This document shows, piece by piece, positions 1-13,039 of a stretch of 64,000 nucleotides of DNA (its first letter is position 1; each line of letters starts with the position of its first letter). The stretch lies in the NCBI GenBank assembly GCA_973895155.1, contig OZ316891.1:10045875-10109874 (forward strand), in the 5' to 3' direction. Made by a program: the position numbers and the translations under genes. A model generated the notes under the pieces. The model was not told where the DNA came from. It made no database searches and saw only the letters and a list, made by a program, of their open reading frames with translations. Source of the stretch: Marsupella aquatica (lineage: Eukaryota > Plantae > Marchantiophyta).

Positions 1-425
1 CAACATGACCGATAATGCACAGATCATTGACGGTCCTCGGCTCAGCTTTCATGAAATAGAGTTTTGTTTTCAATAATTGTAAGAATCAGTTCTTCTGCCA
101 CTGTTACAGCGCATTATTATCCCGGCCTGCAAGAATTGGAGTGCAATCAATGCTCCTTACATATCTTCGACCCAACAGAATTTACTCCCCGCAACCTTGT
201 TCATTGCATTTGCCAACCAATGCGTGTATCTGCTTTCCATTGGCAGGAGAGAATTATAAGCCCATTTCACTTTCAACGACGAAAACTCCAGAAATACACA
301 AACAGCCCTCGTTCCCAACAAAATACAAGGCAAACTTGTTTCCCAACGCGATTACTCCAGCAGGAATGCTAACTACAAAACGTTACTCGTCTACTTTTGA
401 CACTCACGCATCTAGCTTCATCTCT

Positions 426-523
426 AATAGCCTGATGAGATCTGTGAGGTCCTGCAATACCTCAGGAGGGGAATAATAGCCTGATGAGATCTGTGAGGTC
501 CTGCAATACATCAGGAGGGGAAT
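426..523. repeat. 49-bp tandem duplication (2 copies)
   Basis: AATAGCCTGATGAGATCTGTGAGGTCCTGCAATAC(C/A)TCAGGAGGGGAAT at 426-474 and 475-523, 1 mismatch. Confidence 0.95.
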
Positions 524-615
524 GTTTATCTGACTGATGCTACTTTATATCGACTCTCCTTAGATTGCTTGTTTCCAAATTGCCGTCCACGTATCGACCT
601 TCCTTTAAGTTATAC

Positions 616-797
616 AGAAGACTAGTTCCAATGCCCAATTTGCTTCCATAATGATAGTCTCAGACTTTGAGCCAAGCGTTCGACGACCAGGCTCACACAA
701 GAGAAGAAGACTAGTTCCAATAGCCACTTTGCTTCCATAATGACAATCTCAGAATTGAGCCAAGCGTTCGACGACCAGGCTCACATAAGAGAAGAAG
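616..797. repeat. ~89-bp diverged tandem duplication (2 copies)
   Basis: AGAAGACTAGTTCCAAT...GAGCCAAGCGTTCGACGACCAGGCTCACA starts at 616 and again at 705. Confidence 0.9.
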
Positions 798-3700
798 TAA
801 TGATAGAGTGAGCCAGAAACTCCTCCCAACCAACACTCCATATGATCCCCAACAAGCGTATGATTTATAGGGCCCCTTTTCCATTAGTAATGATATAACG
901 ATGGAGGCAAATCGTGACCCCACAAGTTTGGGAACCCAGTTAAATTTAAACTATGATAATCCCTGCCTTGAGCTAAGTGTACAAAAAAACCTGACGAGTC
1001 CCCCTACTTCGCACAGGAGAAGAAAGAACAATTTGAGTGAGGCAATTACTCTTGAAGCCAATATCCTGCCGACCAAGTTTCTTGAACGAACAATATTCCC
1101 AGCCTCGAGTCAAGTATCCTCATTGCACCCAGGATGAAAACGCGAGGAGGAAACGAAGATAGAGTAAAACAAAACGCTCAGGACGACCGGCCTTATCCAG
1201 TCCAACCTCTTCGTTTTACCAACTTTCCCATTGCTCACAGATAGCCAAGCTTTTAAACTCCGCCTCATACATCGCGAAATAGATCTCTCTCAACAGCTCT
1301 GGCTGCAGCAGACGAAAATCCTGTGATTTACCATAACACTTCTCAGAGATACGTTTCAGGATAATAATACCATCTACAAAGTTTTTCCCAGCATCACATC
1401 CTCTGCAAGTAATAATTCATCCGTTTCCTCTGGCACATGTTTCAAACAAAGCATCACTCGTGTTCTTCCAAATAGGTTATCCACACGAGCAATTCCAAGT
1501 GGAGCCCCGCCCATCCTGCGCTCAGAGGAACCGAAATAGCCTGTTGAATCGACCTTCCTCCACAATAAATCCTCTAGTAGTGCAACTTGTCATTATCCAT
1601 TCACCCGAAGGCATCCAAACGACGATATAGAGTAGAAAGCGTTTCGTGACCATGTCAATACACGCCGTTAGGAAGCCCTTACTGCAGTCAGAAAGTTTGC
1701 TATTGGATGCAATATAGACGTCATATAAGCAAATACTGAACTCCTGAGATCATATAAACGCACAGAGAACTCCAGTTCCTTCGAAGATATCCCGTTGGAT
1801 CTATGTTAGATATATCTCGATCCTAAAGATGTGCCTCCGGAGTAATCTCCATCTATCGCGTACTGCTTCTTATCCCGTCCAAGCGAACCCAGCTCAAATT
1901 CTCCCCTTCCACCGAAACTTCAAATCTAATCCAGATCCTATCATCAGGACAAACGAAGCCCACTGTACGTCAAGACCTGAGCCACCTGATAACCACAATT
2001 CGTGCTCTAAGAGTTAATCTCAACCCCATGGGAAAGAACCCGAGTCTGTGCCCTGTACCCTTAAGCAAGAAACTACGATCCATGCCGTTCCGCGATAGAC
2101 AACCTTGATCAAAAACCTGTGGATCATAAGCTTCCACCTACAACCACTCTACACCGCCCTCCCAAGCCATCGTTTCACAACATCTAAACTAGCATTTCAC
2201 CTACTATGCGGATCGTCCAAAGTGAAGAGCTCCAGCGACAGGTAAAGAATACACAAAAGAACATTGACGTTAGAAACCATTGTCCCAAATCACAAGGACC
2301 TTCACCAGGGATCACACCTCGCTATCAACGCTCAACCATACTCGCATGACAAAAAACAGTGCAGCTAACCTCCCTTAGAGGCTGAGCTTTCCCCTAGACT
2401 CCTCTCTTCGCGTGATCCTTAACATTCACTGCAACAAACACAAAAGGGTAGCTCTAGACCAGAAGTTCCAAGGAAGCTTTCAAAAGTACGTGCCTAGTTC
2501 TGGCAAGACAGGGCCTGAATCAAGCACGTAGGTGTCCTGAGACGAAATCTGATCTGCATCAAGCGGAATTTCAGATCTGGGTCTATTCGAAGCTACAGAT
2601 CCAGCGTTAACCAGACCTTCATGACATGGACCGCCACATACTCATATCTAAGAAACATTTCGATGCAATTCCCGATATGAAAGGACTGAATTCATCTCAA
2701 AAGCTGCCGCCCGCACGGCACAGGGAAGTTTTCAACCCGGTTGTAGGTGCATATCGCAGACCGAAACCTTTCACCGCTTCCGGTTTATGACTACTGTGCC
2801 AGTTCGACCTCATCACCCCGAAAGGGAAGGAGGACAATATGGCACAACGGTCACGAACTGTAAGCAGATAAGACGACCTTCTCCGAAAACCTGTTACTCT
2901 CGACATCCCAACCGTGCATAACATCGCTGTACTCAGCCGGCCCCGATCCCGATCCAACATCCTAATAACAAAACGCTGCCGCCATCTCCACCATCATTCC
3001 CCTGCCGGCCAACAAACTAATCAAGCTCAAAGCCATCTCCACGGATCCACCCTTCTCAGATCGGCCATAGCTACCACAGATCCATGCATCAAAAAGCTCC
3101 GGCATCAGCCTTGAAAACCGCCCAGTGCCAAAAAACCAACCAAATGTCGATGAAAACGGCTCCAGATCTGTGCAAGTGACGCAGAACTCCACGTCGGGAA
3201 GGCGTAAGACCATCACAAACCAAACACCAACAGATCAGCACACAAAACACCACAAATCGTCTGAGAAAAATCGAGCAGGGCTCCGCCGTGCACAACGTTG
3301 CTCCGCCATCGCCAGCGCTCGGAGCCGCACACAAAAGCACTCCACCTGTTACAAATGCGAAGGAAAAAGCCATAGATCTAAAACTTCGGTTTATATACCC
3401 GTCGGAGAGCGTCAATCGCGGGTTTCTTCGAACCCAATATCGGCACCCGATATCTCGTCCTTTCACATCGACGGTCTTCCTTCAACCCGATCCACGAGAT
3501 CCAGCCTCGGGATTGCCGCCCTCGTTCCTATCCACAAGAGAAAAGTTACTATTCAAAGCATCGAGAAGAACGAGAAAGGTTTATTCTCGTTCGGTGGCGG
3601 TAAGAGTGATTTGATCACTGTAAAAAGCAAACCGACCAATCGCCTTGAATTTCAGTCACCAAACAAAGATAAGAGCACATTCACCAACCGCCCAATGAAC

Positions 3701-3934
3701 CCTCAGTAAACAGAAACGCCCTGTTTGTGTCATGTCCCTATCATCCTCTCCTCCTGTGTGACTTTTTGGGTTGGCAAGCTAGGGTAGGCCAGATATTAGG
3801 GCCACTTTGGGAGCCCTTCAAGAGCTAGGATAAAGGGCTAGTGTTACTTAGTGGGCATAGCTACCGTTGGGGTTGGAATTGGAAACTGACAGAATGATAA
3901 TCAACATCTATTTAGTAGCCAGACAATCAAACTA

Positions 3935-4935
3935 CTCTCTTCCCCTGAACACAGCGCCCGGGTGCTGTGTTCGAATATGGTCAAAATAGGGAACTTAGGC
4001 AAAAAAGACGTTTTCACTCAAACCCACCGCCATTTCGAAATTGACTTTGTGTTCAAAAATGTGCACAAGTGACTATAGGAGAAAGGTCACCGGGTTGCAA
4101 CTACAATACATTACTTAAAATAGTCCGACACATTTGCTCTTTCAACTTACAAAATCCATTGTCCTTTGAGAAATGTAAGCTAATTTCAAAATTCTTCATT
4201 CTCGGAGAAGTGTGCGCTGTTTCCAAAATGTTAAGCAACAATCTGGAAGTATTGATATATTCTTCTACTGTGTGAACTTTCAATAGACTTTCACATCAAC
4301 CTCTGATTGACGCCACGGCGTCTCATCAAAGAAACCCATAGTGCCTACATGCATTATTAGGTCTAACGACTTACTTTCTATATTTCCAATTTTCCATTGC
4401 CCTCAAGATAGAGGCACTCCAATAGAAACAAAGCAGTCTCATGAACATTCCAGACTGCATGAAGAAAGATTAAATAATAGAAATGAGCAAATTGGCCACA
4501 ATTAACCAAACAACTGTGAAAAGTGGACAAATATGTTTTACTAAGTGATAATAATACACTTGGTAAGTATGGTTTGTCAGGTTTTGTTTTCTATTGAAAA
4601 TTGATTTCTCCCCTTGTGTAATTTCAGTGGTTCAATTATTTAGCTACACATCCTTTGACCTGAGCAAATGTTGTTGGGAAGTCAAAAAAACTAAACTTGA
4701 ACACACTCCCCTCTAATACACATAACTTCTATGCTTATAATTCCTACTTACACCCTACATGCATCTCACAATGCCAAAATTCAAGCACATTACCTTAAAA
4801 TTTGAACACAACGCCACATTTTGAACACAGCGTCACAAGTCCAAAAAATGAAAGGGTTGACTTCAAACTCAAACACAACGCCCTGGATGCTATATTCTAA
4901 TAGAGCGCCCGGGCCTTGTGTTCGGGGGAAGACGG
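3935..4935. mobile_element. Non-autonomous Tc1/mariner (pogo/Tc2-like) DNA transposon, ~1 kb
   Basis: Imperfect ~45-bp TIRs: left CTCTCTTCCCCTGAACACAGCGCCCGGGTGCTGTGTTCGAATAT vs reverse complement of right end CCGTCTTCCCCCGAACACAAGGCCCGGGCGCTCTATTAGAATAT. TA on both flanks (3933-34, 4936-37). A related single right TIR lies at ~20640-20669. No transposase ORF. Confidence 0.7.
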
Positions 4936-5161
4936 TAGTTTCTACCAACCACCAAATGAACATGAAGAAAATCAATGTCCTGCTTGTGACACATCCCTTT
5001 CAATGTCTCCTCTTGTGTGCCTTTTGGGGTTGGCAAGGTTACAGAGTCTGGTAGATCAGAAATTAGTGACACCTTTGGAGGTCCCCAAATAACATTTCAA
5101 GCATTACTTCAAGTGGCTTGAAATCTTGGGTATCTGCTTGTGCTGGCCCCAAACAATAAGG

Positions 5162-5275
5162 ATCAAAATATGACATATAAGGTGTACTACATCCTTCCAT
5201 ACCATGATAAACCTCATTATTTTCTTCAAATCAATTAGTGCACACTTATATTATCACATTTTGATGTGTGATTAC
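5162..5275. mobile_element. ~125-bp MITE family, copy 1 (left end truncated)
   Basis: ATCAAAATATGACATAT...CACATTTTGATGTGTGATTAC, aligns with the copies at 18130 and 20811. Confidence 0.65.
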
Positions 5276-6599
5276 TAACTTGAAACAATAAGGATAGAGG
5301 TCTGTCTACAAGTATTGAGATCCTCAGATAGTGCAATTTGTACCTTCAAATGTACCATACACATAGACATGTGTCCTTTCTGCTAATGATGTGAATGGAG
5401 ATCTAAATAGTTGGCTGGTTTGGCATTGGTTTTGCTTGCTGAAACTGGGGGTAGACAATTTGTATATGGAAGCTCACCTCTAAATATTGAGAGATGCAGG
5501 TTACTGGTGGGGAAGCAATTACCAAAATTTCTCCCCATCTGGTCTTGCATCTGGTTCATTTTCGCAATTAAGTGGGTGAAAACTAATTAGAAGAGTGTCA
5601 AGAGTAGGCATTCACACATTCTTGTAGAGCCTCCAAACTAGGTGTGGCTGGAACCAGGGACTCATACAATGATAGTTGCATGAGTTTATAAAAAGCCAAT
5701 CACATGGGCATACATTTGGCTCCATGGAGGCTGGCTATACCCGGGTTCCCATCACTACCCTCTCAAAATTTTGTGACAGGTGTTAGGATCTAGTGGGAAT
5801 CCATGTTCTCACTAATGCATTTTCATAGAGATAGGTGGCACATTGGGCCACAACTATAGCAACATCTGACCTGGGGATGACATATTAGCTTCCCCTGAGT
5901 ACAGAAGCAGACCTTTTTGTTGTTGTTTGCAAACTGTGTGAAGTAGGGGGAGTCACATATGTTGGTTTGTGCTCTTATTTTCCATAAGTATGTGCAATCC
6001 ATGGAAATTGCAGCCCTCATCTATGGTTTGCACTTACTAATTTTCCATGTGTGTACTCAGTATAGAATGCGCTTACAAAAACATTCTAAACTGCACACAC
6101 ATATATAAATGCCCCAAAAAAATCATAAGAACCGTTCGCTTTGAATGTAAGCATGGTTGATAAAAGGTGCACTTAGACTCAACCAACTTTACGTGCAGTC
6201 TTTCATATGGAGACTATGGTAGTACAACTCAACATGTATGTATGGATGGGTGTCAGGTGCCTTGTATTAGAATGTACTCTCTTGTAGTTTAATTGTGTAC
6301 GAAAGAGTACATCAATTCAATTATTTATTATTTATTAACAAGACAATTCGTATGTAACTAAATTTATAAGGAACCATGCCATCAAATGAACCCTTTTGCC
6401 TGTGCATGGATTTGTACCTTACCTTGAAAACCAAATGAAGACCCAGGAGATTCAAAAGGGATTTGCACCAGGAGGGAAAGACGGTTCAAGCATGCATTCC
6501 AGTACTCGCACTTAAAAAAGGCAGCCGTTAGATAAGTAGAGAGAACAATACTCTATGATATAATATAACAACTGGGCTCTTGTGGAATGGAAAATCCGT

Positions 6600-7712
6600 C
6601 CAACTGGTGGGCACATGCCATGTGAAATGGTACACCACGTGCTGTTGTGTATTGTGTGCATTCACCAGAAAGGTTGAAGCATGGCCTGAGGGAGCACCCA
6701 CAGGTGGAGGAATCAACTTTTACATCCATCTTATGGCTGGGAAAAGAAGTAATTGAACAGGCCAGGAGAGAAAGTCAGGGAAACTCACACCAGGATGACA
6801 TTTCATGAGCAGACCATAAGAGAAAGAGCCAGATAGTATATTATAATGTTTAGATAGATGCCTCCAATCTGTTACGTGTGCATTCTTATCCAAACCAATT
6901 GACATGAGTGGAGAATGCCAACCAGAAGAGTTATTTGGAAAATCGTACAGATCAAAGAGCTGAAGGTATCTAAGACTGAATCCAAGGCTCCTGTTCTTTA
7001 TTAGCATGGATCGAGACTGTCTATTATTACAAACGAAGACGAGGAGAAAAACTTGTCAACAATCATCAGTGGACTTCATAACTGGGTGTTCAATAGTAGG
7101 AACAAGTGGAGGGTTAGAGGGAATGATAGGTTGGCACCATTACTTGTAACCTACTTAGTATCACATTACCAAACAATACGAGTAGAAAGAGACAAGCAGA
7201 AAACGTTATTTTGTAAACAAGGAGGATAAGGAATTGGTCTCATGGAGTATGGACTCAACTTGATCCAAAAGTAAATACAGCAGACAGGAGAGAGTCCCCC
7301 CTTGATTTATCCCCAGACAGACAAAAGCCAGCTCTTCGATATGCCCCAACAAGAACGCCCCTGCTGCAAACAATTCTAAATTTTAAAAAGTGGCCCTGCC
7401 TTGGTTTGGTGTGATCTAACTTCCTTCCAGTCTTATCTACAGAAAAATGGTATCCTGTCTATCCTGAAGCAGTTGACAATAACAAGGGGGTCACTACTCT
7501 CCAAGGAAGAGATTTGATCTATCTTACATTGTGTAATTGATCTAGGATGGTGAGTTACATCCAGCACAAACTTTTGGCTCTATGGCTTTTTGTCGTTTTG
7601 GTCTTCCTAGGTTTTCTCTTGTCTTCTCCCCTTTGTTGGGTCCCTTTTATTGGGATCTTGTCTAACAGTTTAGCACTTTTGTTCTTTGGCAGTGTGTAAT
7701 ATTAATAACACG
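6600..7712 (+). mobile_element. Highly degenerate LINE (L1-like) 3' end
   Basis: Frame at ~7080-7215 reads HNWVFNSRNKW...LVSHYQTIRVERDKQKTLF, resembling the LINE ORF2 C-terminal IWxERNxRxF motif. A T-rich tail ending GGCAGTGTGTAATATTAATAACAC resembles ~47880-48070. Boundaries approximate. Confidence 0.35.
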
Positions 7713-9102
7713 TCACCAACAAAATGCATGTAATTGCTCTCATTTTGATAGCTCAACATTGGGGGTGCCTTGCAGTGCATCTTTGAGTTAAATAATTATG
7801 GCCATTGCACGCATGGAATGAAATTTACAATGTAATTCAACTGAGCTTCCAAAATTAAACAATCACTTAGCTAGTTTTCCTTCACTCCACACCTTGGTAG
7901 AACTTCCTCTTAACCCCCAGCTCATCCAATTCAAGCCAACATTGGATGAAGTTTTTGGAGAGAGCTGCCATGGCTTCTTACTTGGAACTGAAAAGGTTGA
8001 GCACCATTTAACCAGGAAATTTAAAGTGCCTGGTTGTTAAATAAAAACAAGCAAAGAGCTTGGTTGTCCTAACAAAACTGAACAGTGCCTACACGTATTG
8101 GGACTATTTATATAAAGGTTCACAAGTCCATTAGATCTTTGTCCCACAGAACTTGTTCTTTTAGCTTGGCCTTCTTGTCAAGAGTATGCATTGTATGATG
8201 TGATCATACTATGTCTCATACAATAGTATGATCCACGTTCTTGCCTTAGCAGATACTTGCCCGGCATCCATGTTCCACTCACAGACTTGGTTACAACACT
8301 AAATGTGGAGCATCATATCATCACACTAAATTACATTGATATTTCCTTCCAGTGTTTTACTTAATTAATCCCCCAAACTGACCAAAATTAATAAGAGTTC
8401 CCTCAAAACTAATGTAATTGTCATCTTGACCCCCTTTTTTCACGAGGTTAACATAACCTAGTGTGTAACCCGAGGTCACCTTGGTGCCAATGGCAAGGCA
8501 CGATTGGGTATGTGTGAGGTGTTTGCCCTCTTCATTTGACTTTGTCCACTCTTGACCTCGTTTGCTTTTATTCCATTGTACTTTGTTTGACACTTTTTTA
8601 GTAAATTGATCCTTTTCCTCCCCATTGCACTTCTCTCGAAAACACATCAGTCTTCCCTCCTTTTGGGACCCCACCCCATCCGGTGTCTTTTCCTTCTGAA
8701 TCTGAGGGCCAAGCATGGACCACGTCCCATTGAGCTTTTCCTCAAACCTCTCCACTGAATCTGCCATGAACGTACTGTGTAATGGATGCCAACTCGATCT
8801 GATTCAGAAACGCTCCATGAAACCAAGCAAACGAGCGGCTCCACTTTGTCTCAACGGAAAGCAGGAGGTCTGTACTAATCAGAGCCAGCTGATCTCTATC
8901 TCCAAAAGTCACGATACATGCGCACGACAGTCCCCCTCCCAAGGATATCACATTGCTGTCTCACAAGATGAAGGTGGTCCCAACGCGTACCCTATCTTCA
9001 ATCCATGCTGTGGCTATAATTTGTCAAGCCTTCGAGATCGAAAGTAAACTGCTCCAATAAACAGCAAGAGGAATTGTTTCTACTGTATAGCGCACATCAA
9101 GA

Positions 9103-9333
9103 CGAGAAAGAATAGAAAAGTAATGCTAGCCATTGTTTCTCGAGCTACGACTGTAGCTCACAAGAAGAGAAAATAGAAAAGTAATGCTAGCGATTGTTTC
9201 TTGAGCTGCGACTGTAACTCACAAGAAGAGAAAGAAAAGAAAAGTAATGCTAGCCATTGTTTCTCGAGCTACGACTGTAGCTTACAAGAAGAGAAAGAAT
9301 AGAAACATAGTGCTAATCATTGTTTCTCGAGCT
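9103..9333. repeat. ~60-64-bp minisatellite, ~3.7 copies
   Basis: Unit AGAAAGAATAGAAAAGTAATGCTAGCCATTGTTTCTCGAGCTACGACTGTAGCTCACAAGAAG repeated head to tail, with internal palindrome AGCTAC-GACT-GTAGCT. Confidence 0.9.
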
Positions 9334-10261
9334 AAGGAAGATTCTTTGCATGCTCTCATTATTAAAATGCCACTACAGTAAACTGGAAGACGGGTACGGT
9401 TATCTGAACGTGTCTTCGACATATAACTAGTTCGATACTCGGGCACGAGAAATAATTCTGGAATTCAATCAAGCAAATGAATCCTGGTTCGCGTGCCTTG
9501 CATCATTCTCAAGTATGGGCTATCTACAGTAGGTTGTTCGGTCACGCTAGTAACATCATCCTCAACAAGCTCGGCTTACTCTTGGTCCGGTCGGTGTCTC
9601 TGTCATTGAGGATGCAGCAGTGGCATATCGAATTGCAGAAAATTCCTGATTGACGTCCTGCCGTGCAATCAGCGACAGAACGATCCTCATCTCAGATGGA
9701 TGGCTCTGAGCCTCTGACCCTGTGGATTTTCGGTCCTAATCCATCTGCATCTGCAACCCCGCATCATTCTTGCACGTCTTTGCACCCGACGCACATTGGT
9801 GAATGGTGATGGATAGGACTTCCCAAAAGCGAGAGGATAGAGCTTCACGTACGAAAGCTTGTGGGCGATCATTTATTGCCGCAGCGTGCGATAATTAGGA
9901 ATCTGGGTCCAGAGAGGTGACAGCAAAACGGAGACCGTGAGGGGGACCGGCCTAACTTCTGCTGCTCTGGTACCTATCTATCCATATCCCTTCCGGGTTA
10001 CACTCTTCATCAGTCGCCTGAGAGGTGAAGGTCCCTGAAGCGGTCCTCTCACACGGCACACCATGTTAGGACTGTACAAAACACGACACCGTTATTTCTA
10101 AGGTTTTTTCTTGTTCGACAATTTGGCAAATGTCACCTTGAGTGAGAAAAAAGATGTTAGATAACACATTTCATCTTACTGTGAGCCAAATATTTGTAGC
10201 TACTCATCACCATCTAACAATATTACTAATTATACTAGCCCCATGCCGTGCGTTGCACGAA

Positions 10262-11360
10262 AGACGTCGAGGAGAGGGCAAGATGTCGAGGTGAGACTAA
10301 GATTTGGAAGTGAGGGCAAGATGTCAAGGTGAGGGCAAGATGTCGAGGAGAGGGCAAGATATATCGAGGAGAGGGCAAGATATCGAGGTGAGGGTAAGAT
10401 TTTGAGGCGAGGGTAAGATTTTGAGACGAGGCAAACATGGTTGTGCATTGCAAACATGTAATTCAGGCAAAAAGTCAAACAGATTAATACAAAAGTGATC
10501 AATCTTTATTCACCCTCGTATTCACCCGTTCAATAAAGAACCTCATCATATACAATTTTTTTGTCAACCTTGCTTGACCCTCCTTGGAATCCGAAAGTAA
10601 AACCTTGATAGTTGTAAGAGATATTCGGGGAGATATTGCCCTTGAAAATGCTGCATACAACTGTCCGGTGACTAAATACAGGCTTTGAAAACTGTAACCC
10701 TACATGTTCGAAAGTCTGACCTTGAGCTTTGTTTATGGTCATTGCAAATTGGACCCTACCTAATAAAAAAGGAAATGATTTGTCATATGTCAACTGAATC
10801 CGTGGGATGAATGTAAGGGTCCCTGCATGTTTTCCTGCAAGAACCCAATGCCCTTGCGTTGCACGAAAGATGTAGAGGTGACAAAAGATGTCAAAGAGAG
10901 AAAAAATATGTCAAGGTGATAAAAGATTCAAGGTGAGCAAACGATGTCAAGGTGATAAAACATGTAAAGGAGAGAAAAGATGTCCAAGTGAGCAAACAAT
11001 GTCCAGATGATAAAAAAAGGTTGACTCCGAGAGAAAAGGTTTCAAGGTGAGCAAAAGATGTCACGGTAAGCAAAAGATGTTGAGGAGAGAAATACAGGGA
11101 GAAATAGATGTTGAGATGAGAAAAAGATTTCAAGGAGAGAAAAATATGCCAAGCCAGGTGAACAAAAGATGCTACGGTGAGCAAAAAATGTTGAGGTGAG
11201 AAAATATGTCCAAGAGAGAAAAAGATGGTGAGATGAGAAAAAGATTTTGATAAGAGAAAAAAAATGAAGAGAGAAAAGATGTTGACGTGAGTGAAAGAGA
11301 TAAAAACATTTTGAGATAGCAAAAGATGTTTAGGCAAGGCAAAGATGTCAAGGCCAAAGA
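10262..11360. repeat. ~19-bp periodic repeats inside the Helitron (10262-10435 and 10866-11360)
   Basis: GAGGGCAAGATGTCGAGG(T/A) units and a more diverged GAG(A/C)AAAAGATGTCAAGGT series. Confidence 0.85.
10530..10843 (-). pseudogene. Helitron RepHel PIF1-like helicase C-terminal fragment
   Basis: Translates as VLAGKHAGTLTFIPRIQL...FPFLLGRVQFAMTINKAQGQTFEHVGLQFSKPVFSH/(frameshift)GQLYAAFSR...TKKIVYDEVLY*. Matches PIF1 motifs V/VI (FAMTINKSQGQ, FSHGQLYVA.SR). Confidence 0.9.
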
Positions 11361-13039
11361 AGATAAAAATGTAGAGGCATGTTTAAATGTACATTGCATT
11401 GAGGCAAAGATTTGGGGTGATGTGAACATTTTGACTTGAGGCAAAGAAATGCAAAAAGATGCATATGAGCCAAAGAAATGTAGATAATGCAAATTAATGT
11501 AAGAAGCAAAGGCAAGAAACTTGTTTACACATCTCATGTGTTGTTGCGACCATCTCATCATTATGACGATGCAATCACTCTGGCCATGAGGGTGTTGTGG
11601 CTATGCTGGTCTTGCGGCCATGTTGTTGCCAAGCCCAATGCCAACGCATTGCATATATACATTGAGGTAAGGTAAAGAACTGTTTATTAAAAGCCGGGTT
11701 AAAAGCTGGGGTTTTTAGGTGGATCCAACTAAAATATTGAATTTTCCATAATTCTTTCTTGCCCATTTCATGTGAAAAGTGTTGTCAATGCTGAGACCTT
11801 GTTCAAAATAGCACATGAAATTGTGCAATCAAGTCATGTAATTCAAGTCAACACAAAAATATGGAATAATTAAGGCGCAAATGGGTAATGAGAGTACATG
11901 GGCAAGAGTTGGGCAAGAAATCCTTATTGTTAATGATACAAAAGATGGAACAAAAGACTGGAAAAAAGATGCAAACTATGGGGGCAAAGAATTGGGCTCC
12001 AGACTTGGGAAAGAATTAGGGCAAAAGCGAGACTAATAGAGATGAGGGGACATGTCAAGCAATACATGTCTTGTGGAGAAACATGTTGGGAGCTTGATCT
12101 ACTTGGTCTTCATTAAAGATGCATTTTTTGAACAGATTTTCAAAGAGAATGTTGGACGTAGAGATGGAATAACAAATTTCAGACCGATTTTCTATAAAAC
12201 AAAAAACAAAAAACAAAAATTTAATCAAAAAATGTAAAAAAGAGTTGACTTTGCTTTTGCATTTTTATTTTATTTTGGAAGAAGATGCTGTTTTGTTGTG
12301 AAAACTATATTGTTGGGAAAGCAAGGATGTGGGAGGTGAGAGCGAGTGCAAGAGAGATGATGGCCCCGGGTGCTTTGATACTATTGGGAGGGGAATATTT
12401 ATTTTTTCTCTCCCCCTTTTTCCTATTTTTACACTCCTATGCAACACCATTACTCCCTTTTTTACTTTCGGATTAACCCATTTTTACTTTCGGATTCCAA
12501 GGATTAACCCATTTTTTACTTTCGGATTAACCCATTTTCCTTCCTTCTAGAGTCTCATAGGCTCTGCAAAAATCCAAAATTTCTCTTGCCCCAAAAGATT
12601 TTCCTTCCATTCGTGTGTACTTTCATACTTGAAAAAAAAACCCCATTTAAGATGATGTCACATAAGTATCTTCTCATATAAGATGTCAGATCAGTATCAT
12701 CTCCTATACTTTGTATTATACTATTAAAATGAGCATATCATTTGACATACCTGGTCAATCAATCTAAGGGTACAAAAAATATTTGAAAAAATCTGACGGC
12801 TCAGGTTTGTTCCCTCCATTTCTGAATTTGCATAGACTTTCGTCTATTTGCATAAACTTTCGTCTATAATCCAAGGGAGGGAACAAACCTTCTATAATAG
12901 TTTGTTCCCTCCATTTATTACCTTCTATAATATGCAATTTCTGAATTTGTAAGCAGACGAAGTAGATTTTCCTGTAAGTTTTCCCGCCAAATTTCCTACA
13001 ATTAAGGATGATGGTCAGATTGAGGCTCATGGGGTTGGT

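Larger units (their letters stand above)
10235..12042 (-). mobile_element. Non-autonomous chimeric Helitron
   Basis: Canonical 3' end on the minus strand: hairpin CGTGC-AAC-GCACG (10247-10259), then CTAG|T at 10235. Internal PIF1 helicase fragment, a second hairpin at ~10850-10865 and 19-bp repeats. The 5' end (A|TCTCTATTAG at ~12042) is tentative. Confidence 0.8.

Noticed and set aside
3125-3709. 194-aa + strand ORF
   Set aside because: Non-ATG start, S/K/R/T-rich, no recognisable domain or splice support.
9103-9333. CRISPR-like appearance (palindromic repeat units)
   Set aside because: Units are contiguous with no unique spacers, there are no cas genes, and the context is eukaryotic.
10891-11561. 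F/L/S/H-rich 148- and 129-aa ORFs resembling membrane proteins
   Set aside because: Translations of the 19-bp Helitron repeats.
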